DNA of 64,000 bases, taken from positions 128,001 to 192,000 of the forward strand of contig CAVRQT010000002.1 in assembly GCA_963723515.1 (NCBI GenBank), written 5' to 3'. This DNA comes from Vulcanimicrobiota bacterium. Lineage in GTDB: Bacteria > Vulcanimicrobiota > Vulcanimicrobiia > Vulcanimicrobiales > Vulcanimicrobiaceae. The notes below the pieces were generated by a model that had not been told where the DNA came from, ran no database searches, and saw only the letters and a list, made by a program, of their open reading frames with translations. Of this stretch, positions 32,402 through 41,794 are shown piece by piece. Both the position numbers and the translations under genes were made by a program. Each line of letters starts with the position of its first letter. The stretch's first letter is position 1.

Positions 32402-33100
32402 ATGCGCCGCCTTCAAGGCGTCGATCTCTCGATCTATGCGCGCGCTGTTGCGATCGTCGGTCGCAACCCGGTGATCTTCGTCTTTCCGATCCTCGCGACG
32501 ATTCTCAAGATCGCGCTGGGCTTTTTGCGCGGTCCTCTCTTCGATCCGGTCGGCGGATATGATTTCGGGTTATTTCAACTGCTCTTCTCGTTAATCGACG
32601 GCTTCGCGTTCGGACTTGCACTAATTGCAGCGGAAAACGCTTGGCGTTCGAGCCGTTTCTCCTTTGCATCGATCTGGGACGAAGGCCGCGAGAAAATGGG
32701 GAACATCCTGCTCGCGACAATCGGCCTGGTTTTCGTCGTCTGGGTCGCGAGCTTGCTCGGGGGCTTCCTAGGGGTACTAGCACTGCTGCTGCCCGCGATT
32801 GCGCTCTTTTTCCTTATCTATACGATTCCGGCGGCGGCGATCGGCGGCATACCCGGCGGCGCGGCGCTTTCCGCGTCGATCCAACGCGTGAAGCAAAGCC
32901 CTCTAGCGGCGGCGTTGCTCGTGATCGTCTCCTTGCTGCTCTACTTCTATGTCGGCGTAATCTTAGGGGCGTACATCGGCACCGCGGTCGGTTTTCTCGC
33001 GCCTTATGCTACGGCGATCATTCAAGCGGTCGTCATCGCCTATCTCGCGGCGGTCACCGCCCAGCAGTATGACGACTTGGCGTTCTCCCGTCGGTATTAA
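32402..33100 (+). CDS. Hypothetical multi-pass membrane protein
   Basis: About 6 hydrophobic segments; ATG directly after the mtnP stop. Confidence 0.7.
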   Translation: MRRLQGVDLSIYARAVAIVGRNPVIFVFPILATILKIALGFLRGPLFDPVGGYDFGLFQLLFSLIDGFAFGLALIAAENAWRSSRFSFASIWDEGREKMGNILLATIGLVFVVWVASLLGGFLGVLALLLPAIALFFLIYTIPAAAIGGIPGGAALSASIQRVKQSPLAAALLVIVSLLLYFYVGVILGAYIGTAVGFLAPYATAIIQAVVIAYLAAVTAQQYDDLAFSRRY

Positions 33101-34111
33101 TCCGGCTAAACCAGAAAGGTGCATGCGCACCATTTCGGCGACGATTCCCGGTGTTACGTTCGTTCGTGAGAGTTTCTGCGCTTCAGTCAATCGCGTGAGC
33201 ACGCGAAATGCATCCGGCGGTGCAAGGGGCGGCAATCGTGCAATTGACGATGCGAGATCGGGCGCCAGCATCGGCGTGCCTTTTCCGGCCACCGTCAAGG
33301 CGCACCAGTCACGCACGAGCGTCTTGATCGTTTCAAGCGCCTCCTCGAGCGTTTCGCGTGACGCCCAAATCGCTTCGGGTGATCTGCCCCGCACGACTTC
33401 GAAAAACCACTCGGTCACTTGATCGCGGAGCGTCTCTTCGTCCGCAGTCAGCGCCGCGCGAGCCCGCGTAACGCTCCCTTGGCCGATCGCGGCCGCTTCG
33501 CGTGCTTCCTCCGGCGAAACGTTTTCTGCACGAAGCACCTGCTCGATCTGACTGCGCGAAAGTGGATTGAAATGCACCTCACACAGTCGGGAGCGAATCG
33601 TCGGCAAGAGTCTGCCCGGTGTTGCCGTGCTGACCAATATGATGACAGATGACGGCGGCTCTTCGAAGAACTTCAGCAGCGCGTTTGCAGCTTCATGAGA
33701 AGCAAAGTCCGCATCTCCGAAAATGAAGATGCGATAACCACCTGCGTACGATTGCAGCGAAAATTGCCGCACAAGGTCTCGCGACGTCATTTCCTCGGTT
33801 CCGAAAGCGGCGCGCTTCTCGTCATGACCGATCGCGATGGCGCCGACGCTCTCGACGACATCAGGATGCCTTCCTTTTTCAACCATTCTGCAGGCGGTAC
33901 AGGTGCCGTCATAACCAAGAACGTGTTCTTTTGGTGCTTCACACAAGAGCGATTGCGCAAGACGACGCGCGAAAGTCTTCTTTCCAACACCGTGTGGGCC
34001 GGTGAAGAGATAGCCGTGCGCCAGATCGGCTGGAGTCAGCCGTGAGAAATACCGTTTTGCATCATCCGCCCCAATGACGGCGAACTGAAGCTCTGCCTCA
34101 GCCTGCGGCAA
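32963..34111 (-). CDS. holB: DNA polymerase III delta' subunit (true stop may be near 33097)
   Basis: HGYLFTGPHGVGKK, CTAC, AANALLKFFEEP, LLPTIRSR; follows tmk. Confidence 0.9.
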   Translation of the reverse strand: MPQAEAELQFAVIGADDAKRYFSRLTPADLAHGYLFTGPHGVGKKTFARRLAQSLLCEAPKEHVLGYDGTCTACRMVEKGRHPDVVESVGAIAIGHDEKRAAFGTEEMTSRDLVRQFSLQSYAGGYRIFIFGDADFASHEAANALLKFFEEPPSSVIILVSTATPGRLLPTIRSRLCEVHFNPLSRSQIEQVLRAENVSPEEAREAAAIGQGSVTRARAALTADEETLRDQVTEWFFEVVRGRSPEAIWASRETLEEALETIKTLVRDWCALTVAGKGTPMLAPDLASSIARLPPLAPPDAFRVLTRLTEAQKLSRTNVTPGIVAEMVRMHLSGLAGLIPTGERQVVILLGGDRREIGDDDRLNDRRSIRREKTDRGADVRP

Positions 34112-34733
34112 GTTCTTCGTAGCCGCGAAGCGCTCCGAGCGCCTCTCTCAACAATTGTTCCTCCGCCATTGTGCCATCGAGCAGCCGAATGCGATGCGGA
34201 TCGGCCTTCGCGAGCTCGAGGTAACCGTTTCGAACGCGTTCGTGAAAGGCGTCGTCCTCACGATCGAGACGATCCTGCGCGCGTCCATCATCTCGCTCGC
34301 GACGTGCAACGCGTTGTCGCGATGTTGCAACGGGGATGTCGACAAAATAGCTAATGTCCGGAACGAGGCCGGTTGCTGCCGCTTCGCTGAGCGTTCGCAA
34401 CATCGAAAGATCCAGTCCGCGCCCAAACCCTTGATAGGCGATCGTCGAGTCGATGAAGCGGTCGCAGAGCACAATTCTCTCCGTGCGTAGTGCCGGCTGA
34501 ATTACTTCGGCAATTAAATGCTGGCGCGAGGCGTTGAGCAGCAACGCTTCGGCAAGCGGCGCGATCGTCAAGCTGCGGTCCAAGAAAATGCCGCGTATGC
34601 GGTCGCCGACAGGCGTCCCCCCGGGTTCATGTGTTTCTATTACATCGCGACCTTCAGCTCGCAGTGACCGTGCGACGCCACGCATCAGCGTCGTCTTTCC
34701 GCTCCCTTCGATGCCTTCGAATGTGATCAACAT
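34098..34733 (-). CDS. tmk: Thymidylate kinase
   Basis: ITFEGIEGSGKTT, EPGG, CDRFIDSTIAYQG. Confidence 0.96.
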   Translation of the reverse strand: MLITFEGIEGSGKTTLMRGVARSLRAEGRDVIETHEPGGTPVGDRIRGIFLDRSLTIAPLAEALLLNASRQHLIAEVIQPALRTERIVLCDRFIDSTIAYQGFGRGLDLSMLRTLSEAAATGLVPDISYFVDIPVATSRQRVARRERDDGRAQDRLDREDDAFHERVRNGYLELAKADPHRIRLLDGTMAEEQLLREALGALRGYEELAAG

Positions 34734-34745
34734 GGTTTTTAGAAG

Positions 34746-34819
34746 CGCGCCCGGAGGGACTCGAACCCCCGACCCTCGCGTTCGAAGCGCGATACTCTAT
34801 CCAGCTGAGCTACGAGCGC
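34746..34819 (-). tRNA. tRNA-Arg, anticodon TCG; CCA not encoded
   Basis: GCGCTCG TA GCTC AGCTGGATA GAGT A TCGCG CTTCGAA CGCGA GGGTC GGGGG TTCGAGT CCCTC CGGGCGC G folds as a cloverleaf. Confidence 0.95.
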
Positions 34820-34838
34820 ACGTTCCTTCTAAATCTAC

Positions 34839-35354
34839 CTATGCACGCCGCCATACGAGCTTGCTCGTATTTCCCCAAATCTCCGGCGGCAGCGTCCGAA
34901 TTATCAGCGCGTCGCCACTAAGTTCGAAGGCTCGCTCGAGCGTCGTGCCGACGAGGTTCGTCCAGATACAGGTTTCGACTTTGTGGAAGACATGGTTGCC
35001 ACGCACCTCATAGGTTCCCGCGTAAGCTAAGAAGTTGCGCAAGGCGCCGGCGCGTTCTTCGACCGTTGATGAAGATGCATCGGGGGCGACGAGCTTGGGA
35101 CGATGCGCGGCCGAGAGCGTCGCCGAAACGCGACCGCTCACGGTGTAGATCAAGTAGCCGACCGGATGCGGCCCGAAGCGAGGCGTCGTGGCGCCGTTTT
35201 CGCCGACCTGATCGAACGACTCGAGCTTCCACGCGCCAACAACGCTTTGCGTGGCCGCGCGGGCGGGAAGGCCGAGCGTCGCAACGAGTCCCGCCGAAAC
35301 AACGCCTTGAAGCGCACCCTTGCGTGAGAGCACCGGCGCATGGATTTCCATCAT
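34839..35354 (-). CDS. Lipocalin-like domain protein, possible Tat export
   Basis: SRKGALQG..ARA leader; VGAWKLES, GYLIY, AYAGTY. Confidence 0.8.
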   Translation of the reverse strand: MMEIHAPVLSRKGALQGVVSAGLVATLGLPARAATQSVVGAWKLESFDQVGENGATTPRFGPHPVGYLIYTVSGRVSATLSAAHRPKLVAPDASSSTVEERAGALRNFLAYAGTYEVRGNHVFHKVETCIWTNLVGTTLERAFELSGDALIIRTLPPEIWGNTSKLVWRRA

Positions 35355-35360
35355 TCCTCC

Positions 35361-35651
35361 TTATTCGCGATCTTCGTAAGAAGTGCGCACGCTGCTCAAG
35401 CGCATGTTGCCGCGCGCGTGCGTACCGTCGGCGAGCAGTACCTCGGCATCGAAGCCCGGATAGAGCCGCCGGAAACGCCGTTCTTTCCAGCCTTCAACCG
35501 TCATGCGTCCCGGCGCGCCCTTTTCAAAGCGTCCGGCGTAGCCGGAGATGCCTTCGCGGTCACCGCGGATGTCACGGCCGAACTGCGTGAAAATCACGTC
35601 GAAGTGCTCGACGTTTGCGATCTGATTCTCGACGCGCTTGATTGTCGCCAA
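35361..35651 (-). CDS. Small hypothetical protein
   Basis: 96-aa ORF packed 3 nt after the upstream gene and 6 nt before the next. Confidence 0.7.
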   Translation of the reverse strand: MATIKRVENQIANVEHFDVIFTQFGRDIRGDREGISGYAGRFEKGAPGRMTVEGWKERRFRRLYPGFDAEVLLADGTHARGNMRLSSVRTSYEDRE

Positions 35652-35654
35652 ACG

Positions 35655-37202
35655 CTAGAGTTCGGCTTCTTTGAAGATTTGAACGCGGCGATTCGGCTCG
35701 AGACCGGTGCTTCGCGACTGCAGCCGATAGCGCTCCGCCAATTGATGCTGCATTCGGCGCACGTATGAGGTTTGCGGAGAAAGTTCGACGGCCTGATTGT
35801 TGAGCATCACTTGGTAGACTGCTTCTTCCGCTTCGCGCAAGGCGACTTCCTCAACGTCAATCGGCGGCAGGTTGAAGACGTCCTTGAGCGCGTTCTGAAT
35901 CTGCGTCGTCGTATTCGTCTTTATCGAGTAGATCGGGATGTTTTCGGAAGCGATCTCTCTGAGTTTGGCCGATTCTTTACGCTCCAAGGTCTTGAGCGTT
36001 AGCACGACGTCGGCGTCGTCCCAGTTGCGCGCGACGGCAGCATTGAGACGTAGATTGTGGATCGCTCGCTCGATCTTGTTGCGCGAGACGCCGTAGGGGA
36101 AGATCAGGAGCGTTCTTTGCGACTCATCCGCATTTGCCAGGTGCTCATCAGCGTACGTGGCCGCGAGGCGCGGCATCGATTCTGGATTCGCTTCTTGGAC
36201 GATCGTAACTGAGCCGCTGGGCGTGCGCTGACGAACCTCAGGTTGCGGCTGATAGCCGCGGAGCAACGCATCAACGACGTCCGCGACGTTTTGGTGAATT
36301 GCCAAGCGATCGCGATCTTGGATCTCGATCACCACGTCAAAGGTCGGCGGCGCCTTGCGCTCCAGAACGGTCTTACGCGTGCCCCGGCGGCGCGCTTCTT
36401 CATCTGATAGCGTCACTGCGCCGATGCCGCCGAGGAGATCGGCCAGGGTCGGATTCATCAAGAGATTTTCGAGCGTCTGACCGTGCGCGGTGCCGATCAG
36501 CACGACGCCGCGCTCCGCGATCGTGCGGGCGGCGATCGCTTCCGCTTCAGTGCCTATTTCATCGATGACGATTACTTCCGGCATGTGATTTTCGACCGCC
36601 TCGATCATCACCGCATGCTGCAGGCCGGGGTCGGCAACGTGCATTCGCCTCGCGAGGCCGATGCCGGGATGTGCGACATCGCCGTCGCCCGCGATTTCAC
36701 TACTCGTGTCGACGATGACGACGCGTTTACGGTCTTCACTCAAGACGCGCGCGCACTCGCGCAGCATCGTTGTCTTGCCGACGCCTGGACGCCCGAGCAA
36801 ACAGATGGACTTTCCGCTGCGAATGACGTCGAGAATGATGTCGATCGTCCCAAAAACCGCTCGACCGACGCGGCACGTCAGCCCAATGATCTTGCCGTTA
36901 CGGTTGCGGATAGCGGAGATGCGGTGCAGCGTCTGTTCTATCCCGGCGCGATTATCCGCACTGAATTCCGAAAGACGCGAACTCACATGCGCGATGTCTT
37001 CATGCGTGACCGGCGTCTCGGAGAGGTAAACGTAGTCGTTTTCAAACCGCGCTTCCGGTGGACGTCCTAGATCGAGGACGATTTCAATAACGCTATCGAG
37101 ATTCGGTAGGCGAACGAGCGATTGCCGGATTTGAAGCGGGAAGATGTCGAGGAGTTGGGTCAGCTCCCAGCCGGGAGCCACCGACGGGGCGTTAACGGTC
37201 AA
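35655..37202 (-). CDS. Ycf45/SpoIIIAA-like AAA ATPase with C-terminal R3H domain
   Basis: LDLGRPPEARF, GRPGVGKTT, AVENHMPEVIVIDEIG, RRMQH (R3H). Confidence 0.9.
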   Translation of the reverse strand: MTVNAPSVAPGWELTQLLDIFPLQIRQSLVRLPNLDSVIEIVLDLGRPPEARFENDYVYLSETPVTHEDIAHVSSRLSEFSADNRAGIEQTLHRISAIRNRNGKIIGLTCRVGRAVFGTIDIILDVIRSGKSICLLGRPGVGKTTMLRECARVLSEDRKRVVIVDTSSEIAGDGDVAHPGIGLARRMHVADPGLQHAVMIEAVENHMPEVIVIDEIGTEAEAIAARTIAERGVVLIGTAHGQTLENLLMNPTLADLLGGIGAVTLSDEEARRRGTRKTVLERKAPPTFDVVIEIQDRDRLAIHQNVADVVDALLRGYQPQPEVRQRTPSGSVTIVQEANPESMPRLAATYADEHLANADESQRTLLIFPYGVSRNKIERAIHNLRLNAAVARNWDDADVVLTLKTLERKESAKLREIASENIPIYSIKTNTTTQIQNALKDVFNLPPIDVEEVALREAEEAVYQVMLNNQAVELSPQTSYVRRMQHQLAERYRLQSRSTGLEPNRRVQIFKEAEL

Positions 37203-37207
37203 TACTG

Positions 37208-37394
37208 ATCCTCAATAAGGAGTCTCTGATTAAGTCTTCGCGGTTCAGCCGCGTGACGATTTTTCGTCGAGTTCGAGGCCCGAGGACGGACGCAATGCAG
37301 CGTCATTGTGGCCGCCACAGGAACGCTGAAATCGACAAAAAGCGTCCGGGGATGAGTCGCGTGGGACTTGATTAGAGACTCCTTTATTTTTGAT
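37208..37394 (+). ncRNA. Candidate structured RNA: long rod hairpin of 6S-like size
   Basis: 5' and 3' arms pair over about 55 bp with several G-U pairs on the + strand. Confidence 0.45.
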
Positions 37395-37426
37395 TTACGC
37401 ACGGCGAGGACAGGTCCTTCGCGTAC

Positions 37427-38908
37427 TCACTTCACGACGCGAATACGCTTGAGTTGCGGATCGAAGGGTCCTTGCATATGCACGCCGGCCCGCAATTCGA
37501 GATCGAGATAATCGATGATCTCGGCCGTGATCTCTTCTCCGGGGGCGATGACGGGGATGCCGGGCGGATACGGCGTGATGACTTCAGCGCAAATGCGCCC
37601 TTTGCTTGACTTGAAACGCACCGTCTCGGTCGACGCCAGGAACGCCTCACGCGGCGGAATGCGCAGCGGCGGGATCTTCGGCAGTTTGTAGCTTCCTGTT
37701 TTGAGCCGCCGCTCGAGAACACCGGAGGGTGCAAAGATGTCAACGGGACGATCTTCGCGCGCCATTTCACGTACCCCGAAAACCAAACGATCCGCTGCCG
37801 CCTGCGTCGTTCCGATCGTGAAGAGCGCAACGACGTTAAAGAGATCCGCAAGCTCGACTTGCACGTTGTACCGGCCGCGCAAAAGAGCGGACGCCTCGTA
37901 GCCGGTGTAGCCGAGATCTTTGACCGTGATCGTGATTTTCGTGGGATCGAAATTGAAGACGCCTGGACGCCCCACAAGCTCTTTTCCGAAGCAGTAGACG
38001 CCCGGAATCTCGTTGATCGCCGCTCGCGTTTGCTCCGCAAGCGCGATCGTTTTGGAAAGCAGTTCTTCGCCTTCCATCGCCATTTGACGCCGCGCAACAT
38101 CCAGCGAAGCAACGAGCGGCAGATTCGGGGAGGTTGACAGGAAGAGTTTGAGCACCGCATCGAGCCGGTCGAGCGGGATGCGAGCTCCAATTTGATGGAG
38201 CATCGACGACTGCGAGAAGGCGGAGAGCATCTTGTGCGTCGAGTTGACGCAGAGATCCGCGCCCGCCGCTGTGGCCGAAATCGGCAACTGCGGATGAAAA
38301 TGAAAATGCGGACCCCACGCTTCATCGACAAGGACGATCTTGTCGTGCGCATGTGCGATTTCGAAGATGCGTTCGATATCAGCCGCAACGCCGTAATAGG
38401 TTGGGCTGACGACGTAGACTGCCTTGACTTCCGGATGTTGTGCGAGCGTCCGCTCCACCGTCTGCGGCGTTACCGTGTGATCCATGTGGAGCGCCTCATC
38501 GACTTCCGGCTGCATGTAAATGGGGCGCGCGCCGCTCATCACAAGTGAGCCGAGCAAACTCTTGTGCGAGTTGCGAGGCACCGCGACGCCATCGCCCGGA
38601 TTGAGCGCTGCCATCAGCATGCATTGGTTTCCGCTGGTCGAGCCGTTAATCAAGAAGTAGGTACGGTCGGCGCCGTACGCTTGCGCAGCCAGCTTTTGCG
38701 CTTCCAAAATCGATTCGGTCGGTTGTAGGAGGTCGTCAATGCCGGGCATCGGCGTCAAGTCAATCGAGGCGATGTTGTCCCCGACGAACTCGCGAAACGC
38801 ACGGTCCATTCCAATGCCTTGCTTATGGCCCGGCGTATGAAACGGAATCACGCCTGCATCGACGTAGTCCAACAACGCCTGAAAATACGGCGCCCTCGAC
38901 TGATCCAT
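37427..38908 (-). CDS. Orn/Lys/Arg decarboxylase (PLP, fold type I)
   Basis: FHTPGHKQG, INGSTSG, RNSHKS, VDEAWG, STHK (PLP Lys), PYPPGIP. Confidence 0.92.
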   Translation of the reverse strand: MDQSRAPYFQALLDYVDAGVIPFHTPGHKQGIGMDRAFREFVGDNIASIDLTPMPGIDDLLQPTESILEAQKLAAQAYGADRTYFLINGSTSGNQCMLMAALNPGDGVAVPRNSHKSLLGSLVMSGARPIYMQPEVDEALHMDHTVTPQTVERTLAQHPEVKAVYVVSPTYYGVAADIERIFEIAHAHDKIVLVDEAWGPHFHFHPQLPISATAAGADLCVNSTHKMLSAFSQSSMLHQIGARIPLDRLDAVLKLFLSTSPNLPLVASLDVARRQMAMEGEELLSKTIALAEQTRAAINEIPGVYCFGKELVGRPGVFNFDPTKITITVKDLGYTGYEASALLRGRYNVQVELADLFNVVALFTIGTTQAAADRLVFGVREMAREDRPVDIFAPSGVLERRLKTGSYKLPKIPPLRIPPREAFLASTETVRFKSSKGRICAEVITPYPPGIPVIAPGEEITAEIIDYLDLELRAGVHMQGPFDPQLKRIRVVK

Positions 38909-39056
38909 GGAAAAACCCTCGGCTGATGCGGAGAAAGGAGAAACGGAATGCGCGCTAGGCGCGGTCGATCAAGCGTTTCCCTTTGCGGCATGCGAGTGGT
39001 GCGAAATGATGAACGCCGCGCGGCGCAACCCGATTCCGAAAATACGCGGGCGCATC

Positions 39057-40050
39057 TTAAGCTAAGACTTCAAAGCCGAGGCGGTCGAGCATTCGAAAGT
39101 CATCATCGTCGCTTCGCCCCGCCGTCGTCAAGTAATTCCCCAAAACTAGGCCGCTCGCGCCGCTGCGCATGCCGAGGTCCTGCAGGCCGGCCAGCGTAAC
39201 TTCTCGACCGCCGGCGAAGCGAATCAGTGCGTTGGGCAGCGCAAGCCGCGCCATCGCAACGAAGCGCAAGGCTTCCACGGGTTCGACGAGCGAGCGATCG
39301 GCAAACGGCGTTCCCGGACGCGGGTTGAGGAAGTTGATCGGAACCTCTTGCGGTTCAAGTTCTTGGAGTGCTGACAAGAAATCGAGGCGGTCGTCGAGCG
39401 TTTCCCCCATGCCGATGATGCCGCCGCAGCAGAGTTCCATGCCGCACTTCTTCACGAGCAGACAAGTCTGCCATCGTTCTTCGTACGAGTGCGTCGAACA
39501 CACAAAAGGAAAGTAGCGGCGCGACGTTTCGAGGTTGTGGTTGACCTTATCGACGCCGGCAGCAAGAAGCTGCTCGATCTGATCCGCGCGCAAAATGCCA
39601 AGCGAAACGGCAACGCGCAGCGGCAGCTCTTTCTTTATTTCGACGACGGATTCGCAGACGCGCTGCGAGTAACTTGGTGGAGGGGCCACGTACGGCGACG
39701 ACGATGCAAAATTCGCCGGCACCGCGGGCATGCGCCTCCCGCGCTGCATCGATGAACCCTTCAACGGAAGAGAGCGGCTCAGCGTCGACCTCGGTAGCGA
39801 AACGAGCGCTCTGCGAGCAGAAGTTGCAGTCTTCGGAGCAGCCGCCTTTCTTGGCGTTGTAGAGAACTTCGACTGCAACGCCATTGCCGCAGCGCTGCTC
39901 GCGAACGCTGTCTGCAAGCGCCAGCAACGCGCCAACATCGCCCGAGGGAAGGGCCGCAACTTCCCGCAAGATCTTCGCGGTCGCCGGCAGTTCTTGCCGA
40001 AGGACATGCTCTTGCGCGCGCTCCAGCGGCGAATTTATCGGCTCACGCAT
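39057..40050 (-). CDS. bioB: Biotin synthase; frameshift near 39665
   Basis: CSEDCNFC radical SAM motif, NHNLET, CCGGIIGMGE, RFAGGRE, GNYLTT. Confidence 0.93.
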
Positions 40051-40711
40051 GCTGGATCGGCTGCGGCATAAAGAGCGGCTCAAACAACTTGGCGGCGTCT
40101 TCGATGCTTCGGCGTTCATCAACTTCATGCGGCGCGACGCCAAGGATTTTCGCGCGCTCGCCGATTGCTCGCGCGACATCTTGACGGAAATCATCCTCAG
40201 TAGCGTTCCAACGCTCGATCAGCACGACGCCCGAAATCGCAACTTGTTTCGCCTCCAACTGAGCAATCGTCAACAGCGTGTGGTTGATGCAGCCCAAACG
40301 TAGGCCGACAACGATGATCGCATGTAATTGGGCAAGCTGCGCCACGTCGACGAAACTTTGCGTCCGATTCAGCGGCACCGCAACGCCGCCCGATCCCTCG
40401 GCGACGATCGCGCCGTTAATGCGGTCGAGCACGATCTTCAGGTCCGCCGCATGAACGGGCGGCATTCCCTCGGCGAGCGCCGCGGCCCATGGATCGGCCG
40501 CTTTCCAAAATCGTGCCAGCTCGAGATGCTGCAGCCCGGTCAATTCACCGGCATGCCGTGCATCGCCGGCAGCACCGTCCGAGGCGCCGGTCTGCACGAG
40601 CTTCACGATCGTCGGTTCAAAGCCGTGATTGCGCAACGCGAGCGCAAGCGCCGCGGTGACTCGAGTCTTACCGACGCCGGTATCCGTGCCGGTTACGAAA
40701 TAGCGGTGCAC
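40043..40711 (-). CDS. bioD: Dethiobiotin synthetase
   Basis: FVTGTDTGVGKT, EGSGG, LGCINH. Confidence 0.95.
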   Translation of the reverse strand: MHRYFVTGTDTGVGKTRVTAALALALRNHGFEPTIVKLVQTGASDGAAGDARHAGELTGLQHLELARFWKAADPWAAALAEGMPPVHAADLKIVLDRINGAIVAEGSGGVAVPLNRTQSFVDVAQLAQLHAIIVVGLRLGCINHTLLTIAQLEAKQVAISGVVLIERWNATEDDFRQDVARAIGERAKILGVAPHEVDERRSIEDAAKLFEPLFMPQPIQHA

Positions 40712-41794
40712 GCGGCCAGACTTTCAATGAAGCGCTGTACCTGGTCGTCCGTGTGGTCTGAACGCACGCTGAGGCGCAAACGCGAGGTTCCGTTCGGAAC
40801 GGTCGGCGGACGAATCGCCGGCGCATTGATCGATTGTCGCCGTAACCTTCGTGCGAGTTCGAGCGTCTCCGCAACGTCCCCGATGATCATCGGCACAATC
40901 GGGCCTTCCACCGCCGGAACGTTGAATCCAGCGCCTCGCAACGCTTTCTGAACCTGTTGCGTTAGGTTGCGAATTCGATCCCGACGCTCATCGGCGCTCC
41001 TCGCCAGATAGAGTGCGATCCGAGCGGCAAGCGCGATTGCCGGCGGCAAGGCCGTGTCGAAAATAAACGTTCTCGCGGTATTGACGATCAATTCGACGAT
41101 CGTTGCCGGCGCGGATACGAATCCACCTTGTGCGCCGAGCGCTTTTGAGAGCGTTCCGACGATCACGACGCGTTCGTCCCCGAAATCGACAGCGAGTCCC
41201 GCGCCGTTACGTTCCGGCGACGCCGATGGCGTGCGCTTCGTCGATCAAAAGCACGTCGCCGTCATTGAGATCATCCAACAGCGAGCGTACATCGGCCCGG
41301 TCACCGTCCATACTGAAGATGGACTCCGTTACGATCATTGCCGGCGATGTTCGCTTGCGCTTCGGGGGCAACGCCTTGTGGTCATAAATGAATCGCTGCA
41401 GTTTGGTCAACCGCAGGCCATCGATCAATGAGGCGTGATTTCGTGCATCGGAGTAGGCGGCGCGAACGGTAGATGCAAGCGCGGTGATGGCGCCGATCGC
41501 CGCGAGATAGCCCGACGAAAAGAGCAACGCACGCTCTCGCGCTAGATACGCTGCCAGGTCTTCTTCAAGCAGCCAATGTTCGCGATGCCGTCCGCCCAAG
41601 AGACGCGCGCCGCCGGAGCCCACGCTGTGCGCGCGTTGCAAAGCGGCGAGAACCTGCGGATCGTGCGACATCGCGAGGTAGTCATTGGTTGAAAAATCCA
41701 CGGCGTAGCGTTCGTCGTGCTCTTCAATGGTTCGCAACTGCCCCATCTGCTCGATCCCATCGAGCGCATCGCGCGCGCGTGAGACGTAGCTCAC
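40693..41794 (-). CDS. bioF: 8-amino-7-oxononanoate synthase; frameshift near 41210
   Basis: FSTNDYL, NHASLIDG, ESIFSMDGD, DEAHA, GTLSKA, IRPPTVP. Confidence 0.93.

Noticed and set aside
32963..33100. 138-bp convergent overlap of holB with the membrane protein gene
   Set aside because: Probably a missed stop caused by an indel near 33097
34746..35651. Island integrated at the tRNA
   Set aside because: No integrase and no duplicated tRNA 3' end; core tmk follows the tRNA directly
38964..39054. Arg-containing 28-codon uORF (MRPRIFGIGLRRAA...) in frame with the decarboxylase, suggesting a leader peptide or TGA read-through
   Set aside because: It has no RBS of its own; an AAGGGA followed by TTG plus one indel explains the region more simply
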